Source: Pseudonocardiaceae bacterium
Lineage (GTDB): Bacteria > Actinomycetota > Actinomycetes > Mycobacteriales > Pseudonocardiaceae
Direction of reading: 5' to 3'
DNA: 64,000 nt
Assembly: GCA_050700355.1 (NCBI GenBank)
Contig: JBOHHE010000057.1
Span: 24,163 to 88,162, forward strand
The position numbers and the translations under genes were made by a program. The notes under the pieces were generated by a model that saw only the letters and a list, made by a program, of their open reading frames with translations, was not told the origin of the DNA and searched no databases. This document shows positions 22,042 to 30,830 of the stretch, one piece after another. Position 1 is the stretch's first letter; every line of letters starts with the position of its first letter.

Positions 22042-22698
22042 GTGCGCCTGATTCTTGCTTCCGCCTCCCCTGCCCGGCTCACCGTGCTGCGCGCCGCCGG
22101 AGTACGACCCGTCGTACGGGTGTCCGGAGTGGACGAACATGCGCTGGCCGCCGCGCTGGGCGACGCGTCGCCCCGAAAACTGGTCATCACGCTGGCTCGG
22201 GCGAAGGCCGATGCGGTGGCAGCACAGGTTGGTGACGAGTACCCCGAGGCCGTGATCGTCGGATGTGACTCGATGCTGTACATGGGAGGTGAAGTGGTCG
22301 GCAAACCCGGCTGTGCAGACGTCGCTCGACGACGCTGGCAGGCGATGGCGGGCGGCACCGGCGAACTGCTGACCGGCCATGCGATAGTGCGGCTGCACGC
22401 GGGCGTTGCGGTGACAAGCGCCAGTGCCGCCGAGACCACCCTGGTCCACTTCGGCACCCCGAGCGCCGAGGAGATCGCTGCCTACATCGGCACCGGCGAG
22501 CCGCTGAAGGTGGCAGGCGGATTCACCTTGGACGGTCTGGGCGGCTGGTTCGTGGAGGGGATCGAAGGTGATCCGTCCAGCGTGATGGGTATCAGCCTGC
22601 CACTGACCCGGCAGCTGCTCGCCGAGGTCGGCATAGGCGTGATCGAGCTGTGGAATGGACCCAGCCGGTTGGGCCAGCCGGCTGCGCCCCCCGGTTGA
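22042..22698 (+). CDS. maf: Maf-family nucleoside triphosphate pyrophosphatase
   Basis: A GTG start gives VRLILASASPARLTVL. GCDSML motif present. The upstream extension of the ORF is judged non-coding. Confidence 0.85.
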   Translation: MRLILASASPARLTVLRAAGVRPVVRVSGVDEHALAAALGDASPRKLVITLARAKADAVAAQVGDEYPEAVIVGCDSMLYMGGEVVGKPGCADVARRRWQAMAGGTGELLTGHAIVRLHAGVAVTSASAAETTLVHFGTPSAEEIAAYIGTGEPLKVAGGFTLDGLGGWFVEGIEGDPSSVMGISLPLTRQLLAEVGIGVIELWNGPSRLGQPAAPPG

Positions 22699-22710
22699 CC
22701 CAGACGACGG

Positions 22711-22995
22711 TCAGCGAATTGCCTGCTCCACCATCCGGTAGCCGAACAGCCGCCGTAGCCGGGCACGTCCACTGTTTCCACGGCGCGGCGGTTCCGGGAT
22801 CGCCTCCACATGTAGTGCACAGCGAGGGCAGGCCCGACCGATGGCACTCACCATGGCGGCAGCGTGAACGGTGTGTCCACACAGCGCGATATAGGTCCCC
22901 CGCCCAGCGGCAATACCGGCAGCTGCGGCGTCGTCACTTACTAAATGGGCGAGGCCATCGACAGTGCAGGTCAGCGATGACGTGTAGGACCCCAC
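22711..22995 (-). CDS. small Cys-containing hypothetical protein (weak)
   Basis: 94-aa ORF with a CGH...CPRC arrangement, divergent from the XRE gene. Confidence 0.35.
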   Translation of the reverse strand: MGSYTSSLTCTVDGLAHLVSDDAAAAGIAAGRGTYIALCGHTVHAAAMVSAIGRACPRCALHVEAIPEPPRRGNSGRARLRRLFGYRMVEQAIR

Positions 22996-23239
22996 GGCGT
23001 AACCCCTCCCTACGCTGGGTAGTTCACCGGCACTGCGTGTAGCTTGGGGTGCCGAACCCGAACCTTCGTCCCGCTACGGTCCCAGACGTCTCGTACCGAT
23101 GCAAGAACCGATGCACACACAGAATGCCAGCATCCGAGGCTAGGATGCGAACGCCATCGCCCAACTGGGCCACCGCTCTGTACAGCACGGGGTGTGAGGT
23201 GGGAACATCGCGCTGCGGCGTTCACCCGAAGGGGGAATT

Positions 23240-24142
23240 TTGACCTTAGCTCAGCCGGACCACTACCCGATCTCCGGCAATCCACAGGCACCGGCCCGGA
23301 GCGGACCGACCGTGCTACGCATCGCGTTGGGCGCCCAGCTACGTGGGCTCCGGGAAGCGAGCGGGATCACGCGCGAAGCCGCAGGCCATGCGATCCGGGC
23401 ATCACACGCCAAGATCAGCCGCCTCGAGCTCGGCAGGGTCGGCTTCAAGCAGCGGGATGTCGCCGACCTGCTGACCCTCTACGGCATCACCGACGAGCAG
23501 GAACGAGAAGCGTTCCTCACCCTGGCACAGCAGGCCAACACCCCTGGCTGGTGGCACCAATACAGCGACATCCTGCCGCACTGGTTCGAAATGTACCTCG
23601 GCTTGGAGCAGGCCAGTTCGGTCATCCGCACGTATGAGCCCCAACTCGTACCCGGCCTGTTGCAGACCGAGGAATGCGCCCGCGCGGTCATCCGTCTGGG
23701 CCATTCGAGCGAGTCCGTCGACGATATCGAGCGCCGGGTGGCGCTGCGCATGAGACGTCAGGAGTTGCTCACCCAGCCCGGAGCACCCAACCTGTGGGCC
23801 GTGGTGGACGAGGCGGCGCTCTGGCGGCTCGGCGGTCGCACGGCAATGCGCGAACAGATCCAGCATCTGATCGAGCTGGCCGAGCTTCCGAACATCACAC
23901 TGCAGGCGGTACCGTTCTACTCAGGGGGCCATGCCGCAGCGGGCGGCCCATTCACCATACTTCGGTTCGCCGACCCCGATCTGCCCGACGTGGTCTACCT
24001 CGAGCAACTCACCAGTGCGCTGTACTTGGACAAGAGCCAGGACATCGATCACTATCTGGTGGTTATGGATCGGCTCTGCGTCCAGGCCAAATCACCGTCC
24101 AAAACAGCCCGATTCCTGGCCAGCATCATCAAAGAGGTCTGA
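23240..24142 (+). CDS. XRE-family HTH regulator with DUF5753-type C-terminal domain
   Basis: HTH (LREASGITREAAGHAIRASHAKISRLELG) plus WWHQYSD, YEPQLVPGLLQT and VVYLE motifs characteristic of this actinobacterial family. Confidence 0.8.
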   Translation: MTLAQPDHYPISGNPQAPARSGPTVLRIALGAQLRGLREASGITREAAGHAIRASHAKISRLELGRVGFKQRDVADLLTLYGITDEQEREAFLTLAQQANTPGWWHQYSDILPHWFEMYLGLEQASSVIRTYEPQLVPGLLQTEECARAVIRLGHSSESVDDIERRVALRMRRQELLTQPGAPNLWAVVDEAALWRLGGRTAMREQIQHLIELAELPNITLQAVPFYSGGHAAAGGPFTILRFADPDLPDVVYLEQLTSALYLDKSQDIDHYLVVMDRLCVQAKSPSKTARFLASIIKEV

Positions 24143-24967
24143 TCAGGGCAATCTCCCAACACCCCCGAACTCATACACCGGAGTAGGCGCACCGAGGCGG
24201 GTGGGTCCGGGCCGCCACAGCGAACAAGAGACCACCCCCGGATCCAGGAGCTCCAGGCGATCGAAGAAACGGGTCAGCTCCTGGCGGTCGCGGAAGACCA
24301 CCGGCGGCGTTCCACCGCCCTCGTTCCACTGTCGCACGACCTCACCCATGACCTCAGCGTCCACTTCTGTGGTGGGGTGGGAAATCGCCAGGTGGCTGCC
24401 CGAGGGTAGGGCATCAAGAAGCCGGTTCACGATGGCGTGCGCCTGGTCTGTGTCCATGATGTGGTTGAGGATTCCCAGCAGCATGAGTCCCACGGGTTGA
24501 CTGAAGTCCAGCGTGCGGGCGGCCTTTCGCAGAATCGTGTCAGGGTCACGCAGGTCGGCGAAGACATAGTCGGTGACGCCGGCGGGAGTGCTGGTGAGCA
24601 GGGCGCGAGCGTGCGCCATGATCAGCGGATCGTTGTCGACATAGACGATGCGGCACTCCGGTGCGGTCATCTGGGCGACTTCGTGAGTGTTGCTGGCGGT
24701 GGGCAGGCCAGTTCCGATATCGAGGAACTGACGGATCCCCACCTCGCCTGCCAGGTGCCGGACAGAGCGGACCAGAAAACCTCGGACGGCGCGCGCAGCG
24801 TCGCGGAAACCCGGCGCGATAGCAAGTATCTGGTCACCGGCCTCACGGTCGATCGGGTAGTTGTCCTTGCCACCCAATAGGTAATCCCAAAAGCGAGCCG
24901 AGTGCGCCACACTGGTATCGATATCCGGAAGCTGTCCCTGGTCGGACGCGGTTGACCTGTCAGTCAC
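24143..24967 (-). CDS. SAM-dependent methyltransferase (DUF574 family)
   Basis: ARFWDYLLGGKDNYPIDRE and FLDIGTGLPT motifs. Confidence 0.8.
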   Translation of the reverse strand: MTDRSTASDQGQLPDIDTSVAHSARFWDYLLGGKDNYPIDREAGDQILAIAPGFRDAARAVRGFLVRSVRHLAGEVGIRQFLDIGTGLPTASNTHEVAQMTAPECRIVYVDNDPLIMAHARALLTSTPAGVTDYVFADLRDPDTILRKAARTLDFSQPVGLMLLGILNHIMDTDQAHAIVNRLLDALPSGSHLAISHPTTEVDAEVMGEVVRQWNEGGGTPPVVFRDRQELTRFFDRLELLDPGVVSCSLWRPGPTRLGAPTPVYEFGGVGRLP

Positions 24968-25141
24968 AATGTCCCCTTGCGCTCTGAGCGGTGCGTGACA
25001 GCGTAACTATAGTGTGGGTCAAGCGTCCACCATGATCGACGAAGTCCTGGTCTCGAGGCCGAGCCGGACACCATCGCTGTTAATCCGAAGTGTGGCGTTC
25101 GCCATCGGGCGCGGACCCACCTCGCCTCTAGACTTCCGTAG

Positions 25142-26908
25142 ATGACCTCAGCGCTGCACAAGGTGCTCATCGCCAACCGTGGTGAGATCGCGGTCCGAGT
25201 GATCCGCGCCTGCCGGGACGCCGGGCTGGGCAGCGTCGCCGTCTACGCCGACGGCGACCGCGACGAGCCGTTCGTGCACCTCGCCGACGAGGCTTTCGCG
25301 CTGGGTGGCGCCACGGCCGCGCAGAGCTACCTGGATGCGGCCAAGCTGCTCGACGTGGCGGCCAGGGCGGGCGTGGATGCCCTGCATCCCGGCTACGGTT
25401 TCCTGTCCGAGAACGCCGATTTCGCCCAAGCGGTGATCGACGCGGGACTGATCTGGATCGGTCCCGGCCCGCAGGCGATCCGGGATCTGGGGGACAAGGT
25501 CACCGCGCGCCGGATCGCCACCACGGCGGGCGCGCCGCTGGTGCCCGGTACCAAGGATCCGGTATCCGGGGCGGCTGAGGTGGTGGCCTTCGCTGAGGAG
25601 TACGGGCTGCCGGTAGCCATCAAGGCCGCTTTCGGCGGTGGCGGGCGCGGTCTGCGCGTCGCTCACACGATTCGGGAAATCCCCGAACTGTTCGACTCCG
25701 CAGTGCGCGAAGCCGTCTCGGCCTTCGGACGTGGCGAGTGCTTCGTGGAGCGTTATCTGGACAAGCCGCGACACGTCGAAGCGCAGGTGCTGGCCGACCA
25801 GCACGGCACCGTGATCGTGGTCGGTACCCGGGACTGCTCGCTGCAGCGGCGCCACCAGAAGCTGATCGAGGAGGCCCCCGCACCATTCCTCTCCGCTGAG
25901 CAACGCCGCACACTGCACGACGCGGCGCGGACGATCTGCGTCAACGCCGGCTACCACGGCGCGGGAACCGTCGAGTTCCTCGTCGGGCAGGACGGGACCA
26001 TCTCGTTCCTGGAGGTGAACACCCGGCTCCAGGTGGAGCATCCGGTTTCGGAAGAGACCACTGGGCTGGACCTGGTCCGCGAGCAGTTTCGCATCGCGGC
26101 CGGTGAGAAGCTGTCGATCAGCGAAGATCCCGAGCCGCAGGGTCATGCGATCGAGTTCCGGATCAACAGTGAGGACGCCGGGCGCGGCTTCCTGCCTACC
26201 CCGGGCACCGTCACCGTGTTCGATCCACCGGCAGGACCGGGCGTGCGGCTGGATGCCGGGATCCGCCAGGGCAGCGTGATCAGTGGCCAGTTCGACTCGA
26301 TGCTGGCCAAGCTGATCGTGGTGGGTGAGAATCGCGAGCAGGCTCTGGAACGCTCCCGCCGGGCGCTGGCCGAATTTCGTGTCGAGGGCGTGCCGACGGT
26401 CATCCCGTTCCACCGGGCGGTGCTCGACGATCCGGCCTTCACAGCGGCCGATCCGGAGGGCTTCACCGTGCACACGCGGTGGATCGAGACCGAGTTCTCC
26501 GCCCGGCTGGTGCCCTACAGCGCCACGTCGCACGACACTGAACCAGCAGCGCAGCGCCAAACCATGGTGGTCGAGGTGGATGGGCGCCGTCTGGTGGTCT
26601 CACTACCGGGTGACCTGGGCCTACCCGGGGACACCGGTGCCGCCAGGACCAGACCTCGCACCCGAGGCGGCGGACGGACGGCCACGGTATCGGGGGATGC
26701 GGTCACCGCACCCATGCAGGGCACCGTCGTCAAGGTCGAGGTCTGCGATGGAGAGACCGTCGAGGCCGGCGATCTCATCATCGTGATCGAAGCAATGAAA
26801 ATGGAGAACCCGGTCACCGCCCACAAGCCGGGCACGATCACCGGCCTCACGCTCGAACAAGGCAGCTCGATCACCCAAGGCACCACCATCTGCGAAATCA
26901 AGTCCTAA
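25142..26908 (+). CDS. accA3: acetyl/propionyl-CoA carboxylase alpha subunit (biotin carboxylase + BCCP)
   Basis: Biotin carboxylase N-terminus [14 protein letters not shown] and C-terminal biotinylation motif EAMKMEN. Confidence 0.93.
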   Translation: MTSALHKVLIANRGEIAVRVIRACRDAGLGSVAVYADGDRDEPFVHLADEAFALGGATAAQSYLDAAKLLDVAARAGVDALHPGYGFLSENADFAQAVIDAGLIWIGPGPQAIRDLGDKVTARRIATTAGAPLVPGTKDPVSGAAEVVAFAEEYGLPVAIKAAFGGGGRGLRVAHTIREIPELFDSAVREAVSAFGRGECFVERYLDKPRHVEAQVLADQHGTVIVVGTRDCSLQRRHQKLIEEAPAPFLSAEQRRTLHDAARTICVNAGYHGAGTVEFLVGQDGTISFLEVNTRLQVEHPVSEETTGLDLVREQFRIAAGEKLSISEDPEPQGHAIEFRINSEDAGRGFLPTPGTVTVFDPPAGPGVRLDAGIRQGSVISGQFDSMLAKLIVVGENREQALERSRRALAEFRVEGVPTVIPFHRAVLDDPAFTAADPEGFTVHTRWIETEFSARLVPYSATSHDTEPAAQRQTMVVEVDGRRLVVSLPGDLGLPGDTGAARTRPRTRGGGRTATVSGDAVTAPMQGTVVKVEVCDGETVEAGDLIIVIEAMKMENPVTAHKPGTITGLTLEQGSSITQGTTICEIKS

Positions 26909-28104
26909 CCGCTGAGCAGGAACGCTCCTTCCGCCGCGAGCAGGACAGCGGCGGCGGTCACGGCGCCGGTCGCGGCGAAGCGCCCCCAGGGGATCGACAC
27001 CCCGCTGGCCCGGCACCGCTCGTACCAAATGATGATCGCCAGCGACGCCCACGGGGTGATCAGCGGGCTCACATTCGTGGCGATCAGCAGGCCCAGCAGT
27101 TGATCACTGTTGGTCACCACGGCCTCACCCGCCACGTACGCAGGCAGGTTGTTGACCCCGTTGGACAGCACGGCGCCCAGGATGCCGGCCCTGGCGACGC
27201 CCTCCACCCCGCCCTCGGTGCCGACCAGACTGCCGAGCAGGTCGCCCAGCCCGTACCGGTCAATGGTCTGGACCACCAGGAATAACCCCGTAACGAAGGC
27301 CAACAGCCGCAACGGAATCATCCGCCATGTGAAGGCTGCGCGATCCCGGGCGATAAACGCCACGACAAGCACTCCCATGCAGGTCAGCGCCGAGACCGCC
27401 AGCGGAACCCCGAGCAGTACCAGCACGGTGAACGCGGCACAGGCCAGGCCCGCGGTCCGCAGCAGAACCCGATCCCGCGGCACGTGGCGTCCCGGAGGCT
27501 CGTACCGGTCACTGCCGCGTCGGCGCGGACGCCAGTAGAACACCCAGAGGCAGACCGCCGTGGCCACGATAGCCGCTGCCTGGGGGGTCGCCATGCGAAT
27601 CGCGAAAGCGGGAGGCGATAGCTCCACCCGGTCCATGGCCAGCAGGTTGGTGAGGTTGGATACCGGCAACAGCAGGCTCGCGGTGTTGGCCAGCCACACC
27701 GTCAGCATCGCCAACGGAAGGGGCGGGATATCGGCCTTCGCAGCGGTGGCGAGCATGACCGGAGTGAGCAGTACCGCAGTGGTGTCCAGATTGAGGAAAA
27801 TCGTCGTTGCGGAAGCGAACACGACGCATAACCCGAACAGCGCGAGGTAGTTCCCGCCCGCCCAGCGCGCCAGCCGGACCGCGACCACGTCGAACACTTC
27901 GGCCTTCGCGGTCAGCTCGGCCAGCACGATCACAGAGCCGAGAAAAACCAGTAGCGGCAGAACCCGGCGGACCGTCTGGCCGGCCTCGGCAAGGGGGAGG
28001 AATCCAACCAATACCGCGCCGCATCCGGCGATCAGGAAGGTCGCGGCCACCCAGTCCAACAGCTCCAACTGCCGCGCTCGGTCCGTAGCCTGCGCCTGCT
28101 TCAC
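26905..28104 (-). CDS. ArsB/NhaD-superfamily permease
   Basis: About 400 aa and multi-pass, with [11 protein letters not shown] and SNLTNLL motifs. I chose the GTG start at 28104 because the longer ORF runs into the divergent gene region. Confidence 0.7.
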   Translation of the reverse strand: MKQAQATDRARQLELLDWVAATFLIAGCGAVLVGFLPLAEAGQTVRRVLPLLVFLGSVIVLAELTAKAEVFDVVAVRLARWAGGNYLALFGLCVVFASATTIFLNLDTTAVLLTPVMLATAAKADIPPLPLAMLTVWLANTASLLLPVSNLTNLLAMDRVELSPPAFAIRMATPQAAAIVATAVCLWVFYWRPRRRGSDRYEPPGRHVPRDRVLLRTAGLACAAFTVLVLLGVPLAVSALTCMGVLVVAFIARDRAAFTWRMIPLRLLAFVTGLFLVVQTIDRYGLGDLLGSLVGTEGGVEGVARAGILGAVLSNGVNNLPAYVAGEAVVTNSDQLLGLLIATNVSPLITPWASLAIIIWYERCRASGVSIPWGRFAATGAVTAAAVLLAAEGAFLLSG

Positions 28105-28201
28105 CCGACCACGGTACCGATCACCTACACTCCCGAGGAGATCACCTCCGAAAGTCTGGGCCCATACAGGATGGTCTGCACAAGACCTCGCCAGGAGTGC
28201 C

Positions 28202-29188
28202 ATGCCTCGGGTCATCAAATGGATCGGCAAGAACGCCGACGGCGTGATCGCGCTTGTGCTGGCCGCGTGTGTCGCCATCCTCGGCTTGACCGAGGTAGTC
28301 GGGGGAACCGATGTCGTCGGGGACACTGCAATCAGCAGTGCGGTGCTGTTCGTCCTCGCTGTGCTCGCCACGACTCTGCTGCGCGACCGGGTCCGCTCCG
28401 GGGTGGTCGAGCGGGAGGTGGAGAAGGTGCTCGAGGTGGTCCATCAGCTCGATGCGAAGATCACTAGTACCAAGACGGCGCTGGATGCCGCCGCGAACGT
28501 GCGCGTGCTCGTGGGCGAGGAGGTCGGTCAGGCGCACGCTGATGCGCATCGGCAAACCGATACGTGGATGTTCAAGGGTGGCACCGGCACCTTCGTCCGG
28601 GCGGTCACCCTCCCCCAGTGCATCGCGCAAGCACGTCGAGACGGGCGCCCGCTGACCGTCCGGCTGGAGATTCTGGATCCGACCAATGAGAGCGCGTGTG
28701 AGCACTACGCGGTGTTCCGCCGGTCGCTGTCGGACCGGCCGGACGGCACCGGCGAGATATGGACGCCCGATCGGACCCGCAAGGAGGCTCTCGCCACCGT
28801 CCTGGCCGCCTGCTGGCACCGGCAGCGGTATCGGCTGCTCACTGTCGAGGTTGGCCTATCGTCGACCATCACCACGTTCCGGTGGGACCTGTCCTCCCGG
28901 TCCCTGATCATCACTCAGCAGGACCCCAGGGAGCCCGCCCTGCTGATCAAGCGCGGCTGGGTCTATTACGACCGGTACGCCACCGAACTGCTGACCAGCC
29001 TCGAGCAATCCACTCGGCTGCCGATCGAGCAAGCCGCGAAGACTGTTCCGCTGAGCGACGAACCCTCGGTGGAGGAGGTCGAGCGGCTCTTCCTCGCCTT
29101 GAACCTGCCACTGCCCACGTCATTCGACGAACGCGCCATCAATGACATCATCGGTAAGGCCATCCAGGCCAAGAACCCCTATGAGTGA
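28202..29188 (+). CDS. hypothetical membrane-anchored protein (2 TM + coiled segment + unknown globular domain)
   Basis: Two N-terminal hydrophobic helices and a high GC3 frame. No motif recognised. Confidence 0.6.
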   Translation: MPRVIKWIGKNADGVIALVLAACVAILGLTEVVGGTDVVGDTAISSAVLFVLAVLATTLLRDRVRSGVVEREVEKVLEVVHQLDAKITSTKTALDAAANVRVLVGEEVGQAHADAHRQTDTWMFKGGTGTFVRAVTLPQCIAQARRDGRPLTVRLEILDPTNESACEHYAVFRRSLSDRPDGTGEIWTPDRTRKEALATVLAACWHRQRYRLLTVEVGLSSTITTFRWDLSSRSLIITQQDPREPALLIKRGWVYYDRYATELLTSLEQSTRLPIEQAAKTVPLSDEPSVEEVERLFLALNLPLPTSFDERAINDIIGKAIQAKNPYE

Positions 29189-29850
29189 GCATGAACTACC
29201 CGGACATCCTGCGTGAGATCGAGCAGCGCACCGCAAGCACACAGCTGCCTGCCAGGGTGATTTCCGTGATGACGGAGGTGGCGGCGGGCCGCAGACCAAT
29301 GGCCGCGATCCGGCATCCGCTCGGCTTCGTCTGCCTCCAGGTGCAACGACGCGGCGCGTACGGCGTCTGTGTGCACCTGTGGACCGAGTGGCTGCCGGAT
29401 TCGGAGCTCACCACCTCGCCGATGCACTCGCACAGCTGGGATCTGCTCAGTTACGTCCTCTACGGCGAGATCGGTAATCAGCTCGTGCGCGTCACCGATG
29501 CCCCGACCGCCCCCACCCACCGATTGTTCGAGGTGCTCAGTGACGGCGACATGGATGAGATCCGTCCCACCGATCGCCTGGTGCGTTGCGAGCCCGGGCC
29601 GGTGCAATCGATCGCGGCGGGTGAGGTGTACCGCCTCGCCGCAGGCGAATTCCACCTGACGATCGTGCCCGGCGCAGCAGAGACAGCGACCGTCGTACTC
29701 GGCCACGCCCGGACCGACCTGGTCGACCTGTCGCTGGGCGCACCGGGCACGCGGCGCCATCAGGTGTTCCGGCGACGGTGCACCGAACCTGAGACGGCGC
29801 ACGCGGCCGGGCTGATCGCGCGCCGCCTGACAGATAACATGACGGGATAG
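29185..29850 (+). CDS. hypothetical cupin-like protein
   Basis: The start overlaps the previous stop (GTGA). The HSHSWD...G motif suggests a cupin or cysteine-dioxygenase-like metal site; this is tentative. Confidence 0.5.
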   Translation: MSMNYPDILREIEQRTASTQLPARVISVMTEVAAGRRPMAAIRHPLGFVCLQVQRRGAYGVCVHLWTEWLPDSELTTSPMHSHSWDLLSYVLYGEIGNQLVRVTDAPTAPTHRLFEVLSDGDMDEIRPTDRLVRCEPGPVQSIAAGEVYRLAAGEFHLTIVPGAAETATVVLGHARTDLVDLSLGAPGTRRHQVFRRRCTEPETAHAAGLIARRLTDNMTG

Positions 29851-29869
29851 GCCCTGAGGAGGGGTTGAT

Positions 29870-30766
29870 ATGGACGTGGTGCCCAGGCTGGCGGCGGCCG
29901 CACTTGATCCGGAGCTCAACCTGGCCCAGCGGGTGGCCGTGGGTGCCGCCCAAGCGGCCGGCGCCCTGGTGAGCAGCCGCGCTCAGGGTGAGCTCGGGCT
30001 CCGCGGCAAGGGGCCCGCCGGGGATGTGGTGACAGACCTCGACATCTCGGCCGAACGCTTGATCATCAGCCGTATTCAGACCGCCTTTCCTGAGCACCGC
30101 ATCATCTCGGAAGAGGCAGGTGTACTCGGCGCCGAGGGCAGTGGCTGGACCTGGCTGGTCGATCCGTTGGACGGCACCAACAATCTGGCGGTCGCACTGC
30201 CCACCTACGTGATCGGCATCGCGCTGTGCCATGATCGGATTCCGGTCCTGGGCGTCGTGCACGATCCGGTCACCGGGGGAACCTGGCAAGCGGCCCGCGG
30301 CGCCGGCGCGCACGGGCCGGACCAGCGTGTGCTGTGCGCGCCGTTTCGCACCCATCCGGCCGGTCCCCTGCTGGCCTGGACCCAGGGTTACTCCGTGACC
30401 AGGGACGACGCAACCGCGGGCGCGCTGAAGATCGTCATGGAGTCGGCCGCGCGACGGGTCTTCCAGCTGTGGACCCCACTGCTGTCCCTGGTGATGCTGG
30501 CCCGAGGGGACATCGACGGCATGATCGGATATCACGCGGAAGAGATCGACCTGCCTGCCGGCGCACTGATCGCAGCCGAGGCGGGGGTGGCCCTGTTCAA
30601 CCTCAACGGTGCCCCCTTCGACGAACGGATCGGCAGGCCCCAGGTGGACCGTAGCTTCATCGCCTGTCGCCCTGAGCACCTCGAATCCCTGCTGGCATTG
30701 GTGCACACCGCAGAGCGGGTCGTCCCGGAGGTCAAGGAACTGATGGCCCTGCTGCCGTCCGGCTAA
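29870..30766 (+). CDS. inositol-monophosphatase-family phosphatase
   Basis: ISEEAG and WLVDPLDGTNN metal-binding motifs. Confidence 0.8.
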   Translation: MDVVPRLAAAALDPELNLAQRVAVGAAQAAGALVSSRAQGELGLRGKGPAGDVVTDLDISAERLIISRIQTAFPEHRIISEEAGVLGAEGSGWTWLVDPLDGTNNLAVALPTYVIGIALCHDRIPVLGVVHDPVTGGTWQAARGAGAHGPDQRVLCAPFRTHPAGPLLAWTQGYSVTRDDATAGALKIVMESAARRVFQLWTPLLSLVMLARGDIDGMIGYHAEEIDLPAGALIAAEAGVALFNLNGAPFDERIGRPQVDRSFIACRPEHLESLLALVHTAERVVPEVKELMALLPSG

Positions 30767-30828
30767 GCCCTGCTGCCGCCCTACCACGCCCCTGCTACCG
30801 CCCTGCTACGCACAATGTCATATTGACA
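30746..30828 (+). promoter_or_regulatory. four CCCTGCT(G/A)C(C)G direct repeats plus TGTCA-TAT-TGACA palindrome abutting the STAND gene ATG
   Basis: Repeat copies begin near 30747, 30768, 30790 and 30801. The palindrome lies at 30816-30828, 2 nt before the ATG at 30831. No Shine-Dalgarno sequence is visible. Confidence 0.3.
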
Positions 30829-30830
30829 CC

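Noticed and set aside
24995-25013. gtgaca ... tatagt as a sigma-70-like promoter for accA3
   Set aside because: The spacing between the -35-like and -10-like hexamers is only 7 nt. The tatagt alone might act as a -10 element, but that is not supportable from sequence.
25148-26560. 470-aa minus-strand ORF
   Set aside because: It lies entirely antisense to the clearly genuine accA3 gene, so it is a GC shadow frame.
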